Below, one piece after another: positions 39,701 through 50,098 of a DNA stretch of 64,000 bases; the first letter of the stretch is position 1; each line of letters begins with the position of its first letter. Below the pieces are notes generated by a model, which worked only from the letters and a program-made list of their open reading frames with translations, was not told the DNA's origin and did not search any database. The position numbers and the translations under genes are program-made. The stretch spans positions 1-64,000 of the forward strand of contig JASMDC010000003.1 of NCBI GenBank assembly GCA_030753015.1, written 5' to 3'. The DNA comes from Candidatus Undinarchaeales archaeon. GTDB lineage: Archaea; SpSt-1190; JASMDC01.

Positions 39701-41745
39701 TGCTGCTTGTAGACCAGCTTGGGGCCGGGGCCCACGAGGCACTTGTCCCGCTTGTCCCTCTCTGAAGCGCGCCCGCATTCGAAAACGCCGAGGAAGAAGT
39801 CCGGATCATGAGCGTACCCTTCGTAGAAGATGGCGTTGCCCAGGACGCACCCATCCCATTCTTTAGCCCCCTTGGGAAGGCAGGGACGGAGCGTGGGCGT
39901 GCCTTGGCCCATGAGTTCCTCTACCCTGTTGGTGCAATGGGTCTGGATGCGGCTCTCCTCGAAATCAAATTTCTCGTGGTAGGCGATGGACGAGCGGTCG
40001 TATGTGAAGTCGTCCTCCGACCGGGGCATATAGCGTATCTTCTTGACGCACACCTCGTTCTCGCACCGCCCCTCGAAGTCGTCGCATTTGGTGGTGTCAG
40101 GACGGGATATGCACTCGAACGGCCGGGCGATGTCCACACAACGACCGTTGAGGCACGCACCCTCACCCGAGTCGCACGGCACACCGTTCGCCCACTCGCC
40201 GAGGTCCTCAAGCGCGTCATCCTCGTCCAAGGAGGGCTTCGCCTTGGTGACACGCGCAGTCGAGCACATGTCCTCGGGCTCCATGAGAAGAGGCACGCAC
40301 GTATTGTACCAGCAGAGGCCCGTACGATCGCCACAGGGTGCGCCATCGGCTCCCGAGGTGCAGTCCTCGTTCCCCTCCAGTACGGTCCGGATACAGGTCT
40401 CACCGAGGCAGATGCCGAATCCACGGTTGCATCTGTAGCCATCGGTCCCGGCACCTCGGCACTCCCGGTCGCGGGTTCCTGACTGGTCCACACAGGAACC
40501 GTACATGCACTTGCCACGGAAATAGTTACATGGTTGACTGTCCGTCTTTTGGCCGCACCCGTCGAACGGCGAGGCCAGCTCCAAGCAGATACCTTTGAAG
40601 CAGATGCCCAGAGCCGAGTTGCACCCCGTACCGTCCGCGCCACACGCCGCGCCCGGGACATGCTCAAGGCACCGCCCGCCGCCGCAGACACCGAGACCCC
40701 CGTAGCATCCAGCACCGTCGTCCTTGTCCCGACACTCGTCTCGGTACGGGAGGTCGAGCACGCACCATGCGTGCAGGCAGGTCCCCTTGCCCTTCTTGCA
40801 CTTCCTGCCGTTACCCTGTCCAGCGCACTCGTCCGGCTGAGGGAACAGTATCTCCAGACCCTTTTTCTGCCAGCAGATACCGCGTCCATCGGCCACCAGC
40901 TCGCCATCATCGAGCCCCTTGCCTTCGTTACCGCGCTTACACGTGAAGTCGAGCAAATTGTTGCCCCAAACAAGGGCCGCGCATTTCTCTGCGATGCACG
41001 TTCCGAACCCGCCGTTGCAGATGGAGCCATCCGCCTTGCCATGACACTCGTCGTTGTCAGGATTAACAGGGATGCATGGCCCGAGCAAGCAGACGCCCTT
41101 CTCGTTGTCGCAGGAGTCTCTGTCCCCCTTGAAGGTGCATCCGTCGTAAGGATCGATGATCTCCATACAGTGTTTCGCGTGGCACACACCGGTGTGTTTG
41201 GCACAACGCTGGCCGTCCGAACCGTCCCCACAATCGCCCGGCTCCTTCGCGATCGTGGCTCGGCAGGCCCCGGTGACACAGATCCCTTTACTATCACCGC
41301 AGGACTGTCCGTCCTCGCGTCCCGAACATTCCGTACCGGAGACGACGGTGATATTGGTGACCATGCCCGAGCAGATGTCGTACCCGGTCGATTCCTGGTT
41401 ATTGCGTTTGGTATGCTGGATGGCGACATATCGCGCAGCTGTAGCGTTGCGGAGGGTGTCCAGGATAACGTTGAGGATGCCTAACGCAGCATTCGTGTTG
41501 CCGATGTTCGCATAATACTTTACAGCCTCTGTACAGAACTCGTCTCGTGCGATCCCGGCCTGTACCCTGCAGCGCGAGCGGCAGCGGGGCCGAGCGGCTT
41601 CGGACTCGGAGATGCAGCTATCATAGCACGTACTGAGCTGGTCGGAGTAATACCCATTATAGTCCCAATTAATGTTAAAGAAGCCGACCGAAGGAGAGAG
41701 CACCAATATCAGCGCCAGAATGATCGCAACATGTCGTCGGACCAT
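36709..41745 (-). CDS. Giant Cys-rich membrane-anchored surface protein (1678 aa)
   Basis: Signal peptide, tandem C..DG..C...G.C...C repeats, C..I....RD.CY repeats, helical repeats, CxxCxxC block, Pro/Gly/Asp linker, TM, Tyr-rich tail. Confidence 0.85.
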   Translation of the reverse strand: MVRRHVAIILALILVLSPSVGFFNINWDYNGYYSDQLSTCYDSCISESEAARPRCRSRCRVQAGIARDEFCTEAVKYYANIGNTNAALGILNVILDTLRNATAARYVAIQHTKRNNQESTGYDICSGMVTNITVVSGTECSGREDGQSCGDSKGICVTGACRATIAKEPGDCGDGSDGQRCAKHTGVCHAKHCMEIIDPYDGCTFKGDRDSCDNEKGVCLLGPCIPVNPDNDECHGKADGSICNGGFGTCIAEKCAALVWGNNLLDFTCKRGNEGKGLDDGELVADGRGICWQKKGLEILFPQPDECAGQGNGRKCKKGKGTCLHAWCVLDLPYRDECRDKDDGAGCYGGLGVCGGGRCLEHVPGAACGADGTGCNSALGICFKGICLELASPFDGCGQKTDSQPCNYFRGKCMYGSCVDQSGTRDRECRGAGTDGYRCNRGFGICLGETCIRTVLEGNEDCTSGADGAPCGDRTGLCWYNTCVPLLMEPEDMCSTARVTKAKPSLDEDDALEDLGEWANGVPCDSGEGACLNGRCVDIARPFECISRPDTTKCDDFEGRCENEVCVKKIRYMPRSEDDFTYDRSSIAYHEKFDFEESRIQTHCTNRVEELMGQGTPTLRPCLPKGAKEWDGCVLGNAIFYEGYAHDPDFFLGVFECGRASERDKRDKCLVGPGPKLVYKQHRTHTGDSCDLEPDERHWLTWGYENGWTYFRSLLRRTNCYKDMSRRFADREFFRYAFDDCARIPYVYKRTECYHTLGSTLYGDIAADVVVGGCSSYDTRIIDFGTTCAADPWKCDEKGDPNLVTCPDDDPCDKNAIAASHRDDCHTECLESLWADRNECYRSSAYSLRYADTTKALSTCHKINSRVKAKDEEWDSSMYYNKDAARHVPCIDEGCFRSKCVHNDKGCGDWGKNCWHYSGTCITDNCGNGDCINTILTTNRGRHVRDQCYHDVLNAVVTNRPPLRAEDVCGTWIASAMERGNCYTQVATNVAFRDDLGGFPRAIDACERIPHSPDNVREIRDSCFSGIAQLKMSKAPYESVPICLSVIDDESLSGCLLNAAKKAKKRELKAIKRETDLPFNTVAKICNKGKRAKNVGLEGDPLIDVIDMCNEAYDRVRTICDLIPNTATRDGCYKMVDPLEAARDTDPELQEYLESLVSGLEGEEQNELAMLARQRIETAKALHAKSTNEEVKIVAWELIEKAEDEYEMAEYRNAIRYADRAIELLKNAALYQDSKHGEYITPTANTDPDALRKEAIERIREAEELYELSYSGRDGTEDIICDHSKAAAVRGHIENAKKEFEREKYIRAIKYALKAIAVMRGQECYSHIREMIRSFMERMRLCSTLARQYNITDGSCRECRLCDTGKSPAEIWRCLVERCVDRSRLLGAICARFCGNHPELDGCMGACMQCSSCAGRVTTLGQDSCVAKCVGNALLGDICAKVYTEEEDRGVCGRCHQCLSVPANLTACLGGCMGRKRAGYLLDQDKGAQKAAGYDLLKYMELKGYDRKVIDVFAKEEEEEDEAPSPTPSPDPGNGTGADTDTGGSGSDSTVLDYTKDHRTGNDRDDGGGGGRTLGTAATATPRARSDGGDDGGDDEVVTGGGGDEDASSFLSSVGALVAVVTLIGLTLVLIVYRKRKQDEAAVALAQTQAAAATPTYSDYSSYYSARQYYNYDAYIQR

Positions 41746-41754
41746 GAAGGAGCC

Positions 41755-44700
41755 TCACTCGAGCGGTTTGAACATGCAGTTGTCGCAGGTGCAGAGGTTG
41801 AACACGGCTGTACATCCAGACCTGATCTCGACAGAGCATTCGGGATTGCATCCATCGCACTCAATGGCCAGTCGGCACTGGTCGTACCGGGTCGTGGACA
41901 GTATACGCACCTTCTCCTCTCCACCGCCGCCGGGGCTTGCTCGTAAGCGCCATGTCCGCGCTACGGTGTCCAGCCACTCTGCACTATTGACATCAATCGC
42001 GTTGAGCTCAACGACATGGTCGTTGGGCTCGAGGATGAGCGAGCCACCACCCTCTATTTCCTGGGACGTGCGTCGTGCACGCGCCTCGAAGGTGGTCCGA
42101 AGCGTCTCGTCGTCACCACGAAAGATCTCCAAGTTCGTGAAGACCTCGCGATGTACCGTGTTCAGGTCAGTGTCGCGTACGATCAGCTCGATGTTCCCCT
42201 GGAAGTTCGTGCCCATGTCGTTGCGGAGCTTCGCCCGCAAGGTCACATCCTCTCCATCGTACACCGACTCCGTCATTCTTCCCCCGCTATCAGCGAAGTC
42301 GATGCCCGTGAGGGTAAGATAAGGATTATGCACGACAAGGGCCAGTTCGGGGAACCGCTTGGCATCAAGTACGATCTCAGTGTAAATGAGGGACGGATCG
42401 TTGCGGTCCTTGACGACCACGGTCACATTGATGAACCCTCCCGCCATGTAGGTCCCGATGGATCCCAGCATCCCGGTCTTTATGGCTACCGGCTTATACG
42501 GCTCGAGAGCAGGATAATCGTTGTTGAACGTACCGGAGATATCGGTGCCCTGGAACTCAGCGAGATTGGCTATGATGGAGACCTGCTTGGTATCTGAGTA
42601 GGAGGAAACCACTTCCAGGATCGCTTCCACCGAGTCGCCCGGGTAAGCGTCCGTCGACCGCAGGTCGTTGATAAAGAACGCCGCATCCATGACCGAGATT
42701 GTGTTCGGTTCGGGTACGAAGATGCGGGGCATGACCTCGGACTCGACACGGTTTCCGGCGAAGAGGAGCGCAGCGTCCGCGAGCAGCACTTCGTTCTGCA
42801 TGGCCGCCGTCACCTCAAGCTCGAGGGAGATGTGACGTCGTGTGTCCGGGGACACGGAAATATCAGGGATCGTGCGGCTGAGGAGCGTCTGGGTCGATGT
42901 CCGGACCGTCAGCTGGAGCTCGCCGTTTGTTAGCGGATCGAGATAGTCAGTAATCTCGGCACGGAGCGTCAGTTTCTCGCCGACCTTTGCCACCCGGACC
43001 GGCTCACCGTCCGCGTCGAGCCACTCAAGGGCGGAGATGGATGGCTTCGGCCTCTTTGAGACGACGACCTCGTTACCGATGGGCACCTCCTCCAGAACAC
43101 CCTGGCAGCAGTATCCGCTGCTGCTGGTCGACGTGTGGCATTCGTCGATTTCGCCGCTGCCCTGCTCGTCGCAGTAGTCCTCAAGGCGCTCGATGGTGTC
43201 CTCGGACAACGCGGGCTCGCACCGAGCATCCTCCAGCACGAGCGGGAACAGGCCCGTTCGGCAGGCACAGCGCTTGCTGCTCGGCAGGCAGTACCCATCG
43301 GTACCGTGCTCTTGGAGACAGAGCGGCGAACAGGTATCGTCGACGGGGACCTCGCCATCGGGACACTCCTCGAGGTTGTACACGCACGAGCTATCACAGC
43401 ACAGACCCCGTCCCTCGTCGCATGCCACGCCATCGTTGCCAGCACATACTTCCTCGCCGCCGCCTTCACACGACTCTCGCTCGAGGAAGCATCGTCCGTT
43501 GCAGCACAGACCATCGCCGTCGGAGCACTCATCACCGTCATCGATACAGTCCTCTTCTTCCTCGATGACCTCCTCACAGCTCTCGCGGTCGGCGGTGCAC
43601 CACCCTTCGCAGCAGATGCCGTGATTGCCCGAGATCGTGTTGCACTGCGACTCATCCTCGCGGAGCTCACAGCAGGATGCCACGTTCTCGCAAGAGTCAT
43701 CGCAACAGATTCCGAACATGCACTGGCGCCCGTCCCGGACCCCGAGGCACTCCTCATCGATCTCCTCTTCACCCTCGAAGGGCAGCTCCTCCTCTCCCCC
43801 CTCATATGGTCCGCCGAGGGCGTCCGATGAAGCGGAGTAGAACAGACAGTCCGTGTCGTGCCACATGAAGTCGCCGGGGGAGGATGTCTTGAGGTTGTAA
43901 AGAGCGCAGCGGGTGATGATGCCGTACCGCCAGATGTACTTCTCGTAGTCGGGGGAGATGTCGTCCTCCTTGAACTGGTTCCAGGAGCAGGCGCGGTTGA
44001 TGATCATCTCCAGAGATGACGAGCGGGAGGCGTCATTGTAGAAGGACTTGGTCCACATCGACATCTCGTCAAGCTTCTCCTCGTAGTCCTCGAGGCTCCA
44101 CGACTCGCTACCGCCCGTGAGGCCGCCCTTGCCCACGTCGACCGAGTCGGCGGCCTGCCAGGACGCCTTCAGCCCCTCCAGTTCTTGTCGGATGTCGTTG
44201 TCGCAGGAGCCCGACACGGTGCAGGTGCGTGCCTTCTCCCGTAGCTTCTTGACCCACATGAGACCGGTCTTGAGGATCCCGCCGTCCTTGACCAGCTCGT
44301 TAGTGTATTTAGTTAGCTGGTTGACCTTGAAAGTGTAGGTCATGGGATCGTGGGTGTCACCGATCGAGAATAGGTCCGGTTCCACGGAACAGATGTCGTC
44401 GACGATGCCCGTGCGTTTCCCGCACTCCTTGGCCACCGACCATGTCGGGATCTGGAACGGGATGCCTATAGGTGAGGAGAATGGCTTGTTAATCTGGCAC
44501 TGGACGGGGATGAGCATGGAGGCAAGTGACGAGATCCAGCACACGGTGCAGGAGTTCCACCACAACTCGCCCGCCATCGGCGGGTATGGCGCATAAAGTG
44601 GTATCCCGAACAGGCACATCTCTCCGATGCCATGCTGGAGCAGTTCCTTGCCCTGCGCGAACACGCAGAACCCGGTCTGCACGCCCATGCCCACTTCGAT

Positions 44701-47700
44701 CACGACCAGGTTATTGAGTATGTTCTCATAGAATGTAATCGCGTTCTCGTAATACTTCACAGCGGTGTTGTAGTAGATGTAGAGGTTCGGATGCGCCTTC
44801 TCGGGACAGGCGATGAAATGCTTCATGAACTTGACGTCGCATGCCACGCCCGAGAGACAGAACGCCATGCACACGGCCTCGCCAGCAAGCTCCGCACCCA
44901 TCTGGCCCCACGAACCGCCACCGCCTGTGAGCTGGGAACCGACACCGCCGGGTGCGAAGAGCGCCGTGCACGTCATACGGATTCCATAGAGCGTAAGGAT
45001 GGCCTCGAGCTTACTGTCACCGGACTTGTCGCACCCCTCGAAGCAGGCCAGCCGCGCGGCCACGTCCTCGACGAAAGCGCACTGGCCCTTGCACCCTTGG
45101 CAGTCATCCATACAACCCCCCTTATCATAGGCAGAGAAGCACACCGCATCGCAGATGCCGTTGGTGATCTCTACCGCAAGGTCGTCGATGCACTGGGCCG
45201 CGCACTGCTTGAGGTCAGGGGCGGTCAGCGGGCACATCGTGCACTTCTGGCACACCTCCATGCACCCGGGTTCTCCCCCGCACAGCTCCTGACAGATGTC
45301 GAACAGGATGCCGTTTACACAGTCCTTTGTCCCTTCGAGGAGACACTCTTTGATTTCCCCGCCCTCCTTCCCTGCGCACTGGACGTTGGATCGGCAGCAG
45401 GTGATGCATGTCAGCGGATTGGGGAAGTTCGAGCAGAAGGCGTCGCACTCGATAAAGAGCGACTGTGCACCGATACAACCACCTAGACAAGCGAGGCGGT
45501 CACCTGCAGGTCGCCTGCAACACATACCGCATCCGAGGCACACCTCTTTGCACGACTCGTACGTGCCCTCGTCCCGCCCCTCACACGCTTGCTCGCACAG
45601 GCCGGTTATGAGAGGTGGGCACACACAGTCGAGGAAGCAGCGGTCCCGAGAGCGTTTCGTGTCCTTGAATAGGCACTCCGTACAGCCGCAGCATTGGTCG
45701 AAGCACGGGCCTGACGTCTCGCCCTGGCATACCCACGGGCACGACGCTTGGCAGATGTCCAGGGCGTTGATGCATCCCTCGTTCACTAGGCACTCACGTA
45801 CCTTGCGGGCACCACCCGCCCACAGGCACTTGGTGCATCCGAGGCACGCACCGATGTCGATACCCGCGCTGGCCTCGAGCTCCTCGCAGATGTTTGTGAT
45901 GATGATCCCCGACTTGTGGAAGAGACAGCCCGTGATGCACTCGGTCAGCTGCGCCGGCTCCATGTCACCGTTGCATCCGTACGGACATCCCTGGCAGACG
46001 ACGCAGGTTGACACGCAGCGGGTGAGCTCTTGGCCGGAGAGTCCCAGTTGGTCCTGGCAGACGGTGAGGCAGGGGATCTCCAGTGGATTCCAGCAGCTCT
46101 TCAGGCAGTTGTTGCGCTTCTCCTTCTCCTCGATGTCATAGCAGGCGAGGCATGAGTCGCACACATCGTAGCATGACTTCATCTTGAGGTTGTTGGAATA
46201 GTCCGCACAGTTCGGTGTGAGCTCGATGAGGCATTCCCCGTGCATGCAGATGCCCCGCCTGGTGGTGAGGTCGTCGAAGCACACCTTTCCGTCGGCCCCA
46301 TCCTGTTTGCATACGGATGGGACCTTGATGGTATGAGCTATACAGGCTGGGGGCCGCCCGCCCGGGTAGACGCACACACCGCTACCCGCCGAGCACCACA
46401 CCTTACGGCCACGCTCCTGCCGCTGCTGGGCAACGGAGCACTCCTCGCGCCCGTTCCCTCCCAGCTCCATGCACTTTCCCTTGAGGCACACGTGCCCGGT
46501 CGTCTCGCACAGGTACCCGTCCGGCGCGGGCTTCGTCTTCTTTGTCTTGGGGTCCTTGTAGGTGCATCCACTGGACTTGCCGTAGTGGCACTCGCCACCG
46601 AAGCAGAACCCGCTGGACCCGGACTTCTCGGGATCGGTGCAGGGCCGCCCTTCGCTGTTGGGCGCTTTACATGTGATAGGTATCTTTCGCGCGCGACGCA
46701 CGCACGCCAGCCCCCCACCGAACATCCGCTTGCAGTACTGGGGGGGTTTCTTACCTTTGCACTCGGACGGAGTGTTGGGCAGCATCAGGCATGTGCCCTT
46801 AGAGCGGTAGCAAGTAGAGCCCCCGCCGGTCGCTAGTTCGCAGCTCCACTGGCCGTTCTTCTCCGTACACACCCCCTTCTGGCCGCCCGAGGCGGTGCAT
46901 GTCATGCCCGATGTCCCAGACTTGCCGCAGTCGGCCTGGGTGAGGACCTTGCAGTACGCGCCCACTTCTACACCCGAGCTGAGGCCCGCCTGTACCCCTT
47001 CCATGCATACGCCCTCGGCGCCATCCGCGGTACGACAGGCGTGACCAGAGGTCAGCATAGTGCACTGGTCCTCCACGGCCTGGTACTTGCCTGCGCACTC
47101 TTGATAGTTATAATCGGCCAGCTTCATGCACCTGCTCTGGAAGCAGATGCCATCCTTGGAGCATCTGTCACCATCGGCCTTGCCGGTGCACGGATTCTTC
47201 GTGGCGGGCAGCACGGTCTGCACGAGCGAGTCGAGCTTGTCGCCCAACGCGTCCACTGAGCATCCGATGGGCGTATGACAAGCTATCTTGCACCCGAGCT
47301 CGAAGGCACACTTCTGGAGGCACGTCGTACGCTCCTCCTTCGGGCCGAAGAAGCAGAACGTACACTTCTGACAGAGGTCTGTGCACACACCCACCTTCAT
47401 GCTTGGTTCGCACTGTGGATCGGAAATCGTGACCTCAGAGTAGGTCTCGGTCACCGTAGTAACGCCCGACTCCGGATCGTAGTCCTCGTACTTACTGTCC
47501 TGCTGATATCCAAGGTGGATGTCGCCTCCGAAGAGGTTGCTATCACCGAATGCAACATCAGCGAAGTTCTCGCACGCGATGGTGCACACCGCGCCCCCCA
47601 GGCAGTTCATAAGTAGGCATCGCCCGACCGCCTCGCCCCAGCTCTCGTCACCCTGTGGCTTGGCGAGCAGGCAGTACGCGCAGTTCTGGCAGATGAAGTT

Positions 47701-48954
47701 ACCGCGGTCCTCGCAATTGTCCTTATTGATCTCGACCCCCATGAACTCTACTTTATCCTTCATGTTCTTGCACATGACGTTCTTGACGATGAGCGGGCAA
47801 ACCTCGTACTGGAGTATGCAGGTGATGGTGCAGTTGAGGATCTTTTCCCCGTCCCAGATGAACTTCTTCTTCTTCACGTCGTAGTAGAAACCCTCGTTGA
47901 TACACTCGCCGCACTTGTAACAGATATCGAGGCAGGATGACTCATCGATGTCCACCGGCTCGTCGGACATCTTCTGGATGAGGGCGTCACCACCAGTGCA
48001 GATACCGGCACACATGGGGCCGATGATGAGCGCGCGGACGCCACAGGCCATGAAGCAGTTGGTTTGTTCCTGCTTACCATCCACGATGATGCACTCGCAA
48101 CAGTCCTCCACCAGTGCGTTGCACTCGTACTCCACCTGCACCTGCAGCGCCTTCTTCTGTGGGATGAAAGAGAATATCCCCTCCATCATGTTCTCGCAGA
48201 CCTCCCCCAGGAGTGGGGCTGCAAGCGTCTTGCACATGCATTTGCTGATGAGGCACTTGTTGAAGACCTCTTTCCGTCCCTTCGAGGTCTTGGGGCCACC
48301 TGAGGTGGGTATCAGCGTCAAGAGGCACTGACCACAGTTCTTGCATACGTTGAAGAGCAGTTCGTTATTACTCCGACAGGGCGCCTCGCATCCCATGATG
48401 TCCTCACAGACCTCGGAGAGGATTAGGTCACCTAGACAATGCTCGACCCAGCAATTGCTCTCCTTCGAATCACCGCCTGAGCCCGAGTCCGTGATGAAGC
48501 AGTCCAGGCACCCGCAACCGATCTCAACGCACTCGTCCGTGCGGACCCTGGGTATCCACGAGGATATGGCGTACTGGCAGGGGGGCTTGAGGATCATGTC
48601 GCAAAAGGGCTTGCCCAGGCACCGGATAAGGCAGGAAGTTCTCTTGCCCTCGGGCTCCAGGGCGCACTTCACGCACTCGATACGGGTGCAGAGCTTAGTG
48701 AGGAAGGGATCGCCACCGCACAGCTCCTTGCACAGGGGATTGATGATGGCCAGCAGCTGACGGATGACGCATTCCTGAAGACATTCACTGCGGGCTCCCG
48801 AGTCACTGATGCGAATGCACTCACCGCACTCGTAGCACATGTCGAGCATCTCGTCGCCCTTGATCGTGAAGTACTTACCAGAGGATGCCGTTGTGGGAAG
48901 GAGGAAGAGAAGGAACAGTACGAGCACCGCCATCCTCCCTCGTAAAGCTACCAA
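41755..48954 (-). CDS. Giant Cys-rich secreted protein (2399 aa)
   Basis: Signal peptide, many CxxCxxC...C..C helical repeats, DG..C..G.C(C) repeats and C-terminal beta-rich Ig/CARDB-like domains; no clear TM anchor. Confidence 0.85.
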   Translation of the reverse strand: MVALRGRMAVLVLFLLFLLPTTASSGKYFTIKGDEMLDMCYECGECIRISDSGARSECLQECVIRQLLAIINPLCKELCGGDPFLTKLCTRIECVKCALEPEGKRTSCLIRCLGKPFCDMILKPPCQYAISSWIPRVRTDECVEIGCGCLDCFITDSGSGGDSKESNCWVEHCLGDLILSEVCEDIMGCEAPCRSNNELLFNVCKNCGQCLLTLIPTSGGPKTSKGRKEVFNKCLISKCMCKTLAAPLLGEVCENMMEGIFSFIPQKKALQVQVEYECNALVEDCCECIIVDGKQEQTNCFMACGVRALIIGPMCAGICTGGDALIQKMSDEPVDIDESSCLDICYKCGECINEGFYYDVKKKKFIWDGEKILNCTITCILQYEVCPLIVKNVMCKNMKDKVEFMGVEINKDNCEDRGNFICQNCAYCLLAKPQGDESWGEAVGRCLLMNCLGGAVCTIACENFADVAFGDSNLFGGDIHLGYQQDSKYEDYDPESGVTTVTETYSEVTISDPQCEPSMKVGVCTDLCQKCTFCFFGPKEERTTCLQKCAFELGCKIACHTPIGCSVDALGDKLDSLVQTVLPATKNPCTGKADGDRCSKDGICFQSRCMKLADYNYQECAGKYQAVEDQCTMLTSGHACRTADGAEGVCMEGVQAGLSSGVEVGAYCKVLTQADCGKSGTSGMTCTASGGQKGVCTEKNGQWSCELATGGGSTCYRSKGTCLMLPNTPSECKGKKPPQYCKRMFGGGLACVRRARKIPITCKAPNSEGRPCTDPEKSGSSGFCFGGECHYGKSSGCTYKDPKTKKTKPAPDGYLCETTGHVCLKGKCMELGGNGREECSVAQQRQERGRKVWCSAGSGVCVYPGGRPPACIAHTIKVPSVCKQDGADGKVCFDDLTTRRGICMHGECLIELTPNCADYSNNLKMKSCYDVCDSCLACYDIEEKEKRNNCLKSCWNPLEIPCLTVCQDQLGLSGQELTRCVSTCVVCQGCPYGCNGDMEPAQLTECITGCLFHKSGIIITNICEELEASAGIDIGACLGCTKCLWAGGARKVRECLVNEGCINALDICQASCPWVCQGETSGPCFDQCCGCTECLFKDTKRSRDRCFLDCVCPPLITGLCEQACEGRDEGTYESCKEVCLGCGMCCRRPAGDRLACLGGCIGAQSLFIECDAFCSNFPNPLTCITCCRSNVQCAGKEGGEIKECLLEGTKDCVNGILFDICQELCGGEPGCMEVCQKCTMCPLTAPDLKQCAAQCIDDLAVEITNGICDAVCFSAYDKGGCMDDCQGCKGQCAFVEDVAARLACFEGCDKSGDSKLEAILTLYGIRMTCTALFAPGGVGSQLTGGGGSWGQMGAELAGEAVCMAFCLSGVACDVKFMKHFIACPEKAHPNLYIYYNTAVKYYENAITFYENILNNLVVIEVGMGVQTGFCVFAQGKELLQHGIGEMCLFGIPLYAPYPPMAGELWWNSCTVCWISSLASMLIPVQCQINKPFSSPIGIPFQIPTWSVAKECGKRTGIVDDICSVEPDLFSIGDTHDPMTYTFKVNQLTKYTNELVKDGGILKTGLMWVKKLREKARTCTVSGSCDNDIRQELEGLKASWQAADSVDVGKGGLTGGSESWSLEDYEEKLDEMSMWTKSFYNDASRSSSLEMIINRACSWNQFKEDDISPDYEKYIWRYGIITRCALYNLKTSSPGDFMWHDTDCLFYSASSDALGGPYEGGEEELPFEGEEEIDEECLGVRDGRQCMFGICCDDSCENVASCCELREDESQCNTISGNHGICCEGWCTADRESCEEVIEEEEDCIDDGDECSDGDGLCCNGRCFLERESCEGGGEEVCAGNDGVACDEGRGLCCDSSCVYNLEECPDGEVPVDDTCSPLCLQEHGTDGYCLPSSKRCACRTGLFPLVLEDARCEPALSEDTIERLEDYCDEQGSGEIDECHTSTSSSGYCCQGVLEEVPIGNEVVVSKRPKPSISALEWLDADGEPVRVAKVGEKLTLRAEITDYLDPLTNGELQLTVRTSTQTLLSRTIPDISVSPDTRRHISLELEVTAAMQNEVLLADAALLFAGNRVESEVMPRIFVPEPNTISVMDAAFFINDLRSTDAYPGDSVEAILEVVSSYSDTKQVSIIANLAEFQGTDISGTFNNDYPALEPYKPVAIKTGMLGSIGTYMAGGFINVTVVVKDRNDPSLIYTEIVLDAKRFPELALVVHNPYLTLTGIDFADSGGRMTESVYDGEDVTLRAKLRNDMGTNFQGNIELIVRDTDLNTVHREVFTNLEIFRGDDETLRTTFEARARRTSQEIEGGGSLILEPNDHVVELNAIDVNSAEWLDTVARTWRLRASPGGGGEEKVRILSTTRYDQCRLAIECDGCNPECSVEIRSGCTAVFNLCTCDNCMFKPLE

Positions 48955-49035
48955 AACTTTCCCCTCAGGCGAGACGCAAAACAGCTCTCGCTGACCAGTA
49001 TAGGATTATTCATTTGCACGCTTTAAACCTTTGGT

Positions 49036-50031
49036 TCACGAGCGCGAAGGGGGGTCTGTATGGGCGGAATAACCGTCGGTCCCGGCGAGCGCTTCGGAAG
49101 TACTCCCGTCGGCACCCACGACACGCACGGGACCGCGTGTGACAAGGCCTATGTCCGCTGACCTGATGCCTCGTTCGGCAAGTGCCTCCTTCGCATCGGT
49201 GGCATCATCAGCTGTACAGAACGCGATCAGTGCCCCTGTTGATGATGTCGTACAGGGATCGATGTTGAACGCCCCCAACACTTTAGCCACGTCAGGATCT
49301 ACGATCAGGGCGCCCTCCTGCAGATCGGCCCCAAGCCCCGTGGCCACCCTCATCTCATCGAGTGCACCAAAGAGCCCGCCCTCAGTAAGGTCGTGCATGC
49401 AGACCGCCCAAGGACCAAGCAGGTGTGCCTCTGCCACACAGGTCGCTTCCCTTACTGTTCCTCGAAGGATCCCTGCACGCTCGGTACCCAGGACCGACTC
49501 GATGGATTCCTGTCGGCTCAAGGCGAGGTGGCACGCGGTCTCGCCGCCAAGCCCCTTGATGAGCAGGATATGCATCCCGGGACGGATGTTCGCGGGGGAT
49601 AGGAGCCGTTCGGTGAATCCCAGGACCGTGGTGACAACCACAGGCTCCGCCAGAGCGGGATAGACACCGGAGTGACCACCGATGATGGAGATGCCCAGGT
49701 CACGACAGGCCGTATCCATTTGTGAGGTGATGGTATCCAGCACCGCTACGTCTGATTCCGGAGGGAGGAGTATGTCCGAGACCAGATACTGTGGTGTGGC
49801 CCCGAACACGGCAACATCGCTGGCGGAATAGTGGACCGCTAGATAGCCCAGATGGTCCAGCGACACCCCTAGTGCAGGATCGCTGGCGATGACGAGGAAA
49901 CGGTCACCAAGGTCCAACGCACAGGCATCGTGTCCGGGGGCAGGGGGCGCTGCCAACGCGTCCGCCGGCGCACCGAGCCTTCCGAGCACGTAACGTGCCA
50001 AAAGGTCGGGGGGGAGCTTTCCCACGTCCAC
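49036..50031 (-). CDS. AIR synthase-related (PurM/HypE/ThiL superfamily) protein
   Basis: GKLPPD.L, G.DAC, ASDP, SDVAVFGATP, IIGGHS, MHDLTEGGL.GAL.EM, STGALI. Confidence 0.87.
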   Translation of the reverse strand: MDVGKLPPDLLARYVLGRLGAPADALAAPPAPGHDACALDLGDRFLVIASDPALGVSLDHLGYLAVHYSASDVAVFGATPQYLVSDILLPPESDVAVLDTITSQMDTACRDLGISIIGGHSGVYPALAEPVVVTTVLGFTERLLSPANIRPGMHILLIKGLGGETACHLALSRQESIESVLGTERAGILRGTVREATCVAEAHLLGPWAVCMHDLTEGGLFGALDEMRVATGLGADLQEGALIVDPDVAKVLGAFNIDPCTTSSTGALIAFCTADDATDAKEALAERGIRSADIGLVTRGPVRVVGADGSTSEALAGTDGYSAHTDPPSRS

Positions 50032-50098
50032 AGTCCCCTGACCCACGCAAGATATATAAGGGCGGGGGAGGGCGAGGCATTGGCAGGGGACGTAGATA

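Noticed and set aside
36709-48954. Giant proteins as multiheme cytochromes
   Set aside because: CxxC is abundant, but I noticed only one CxxCH (CGRCH).
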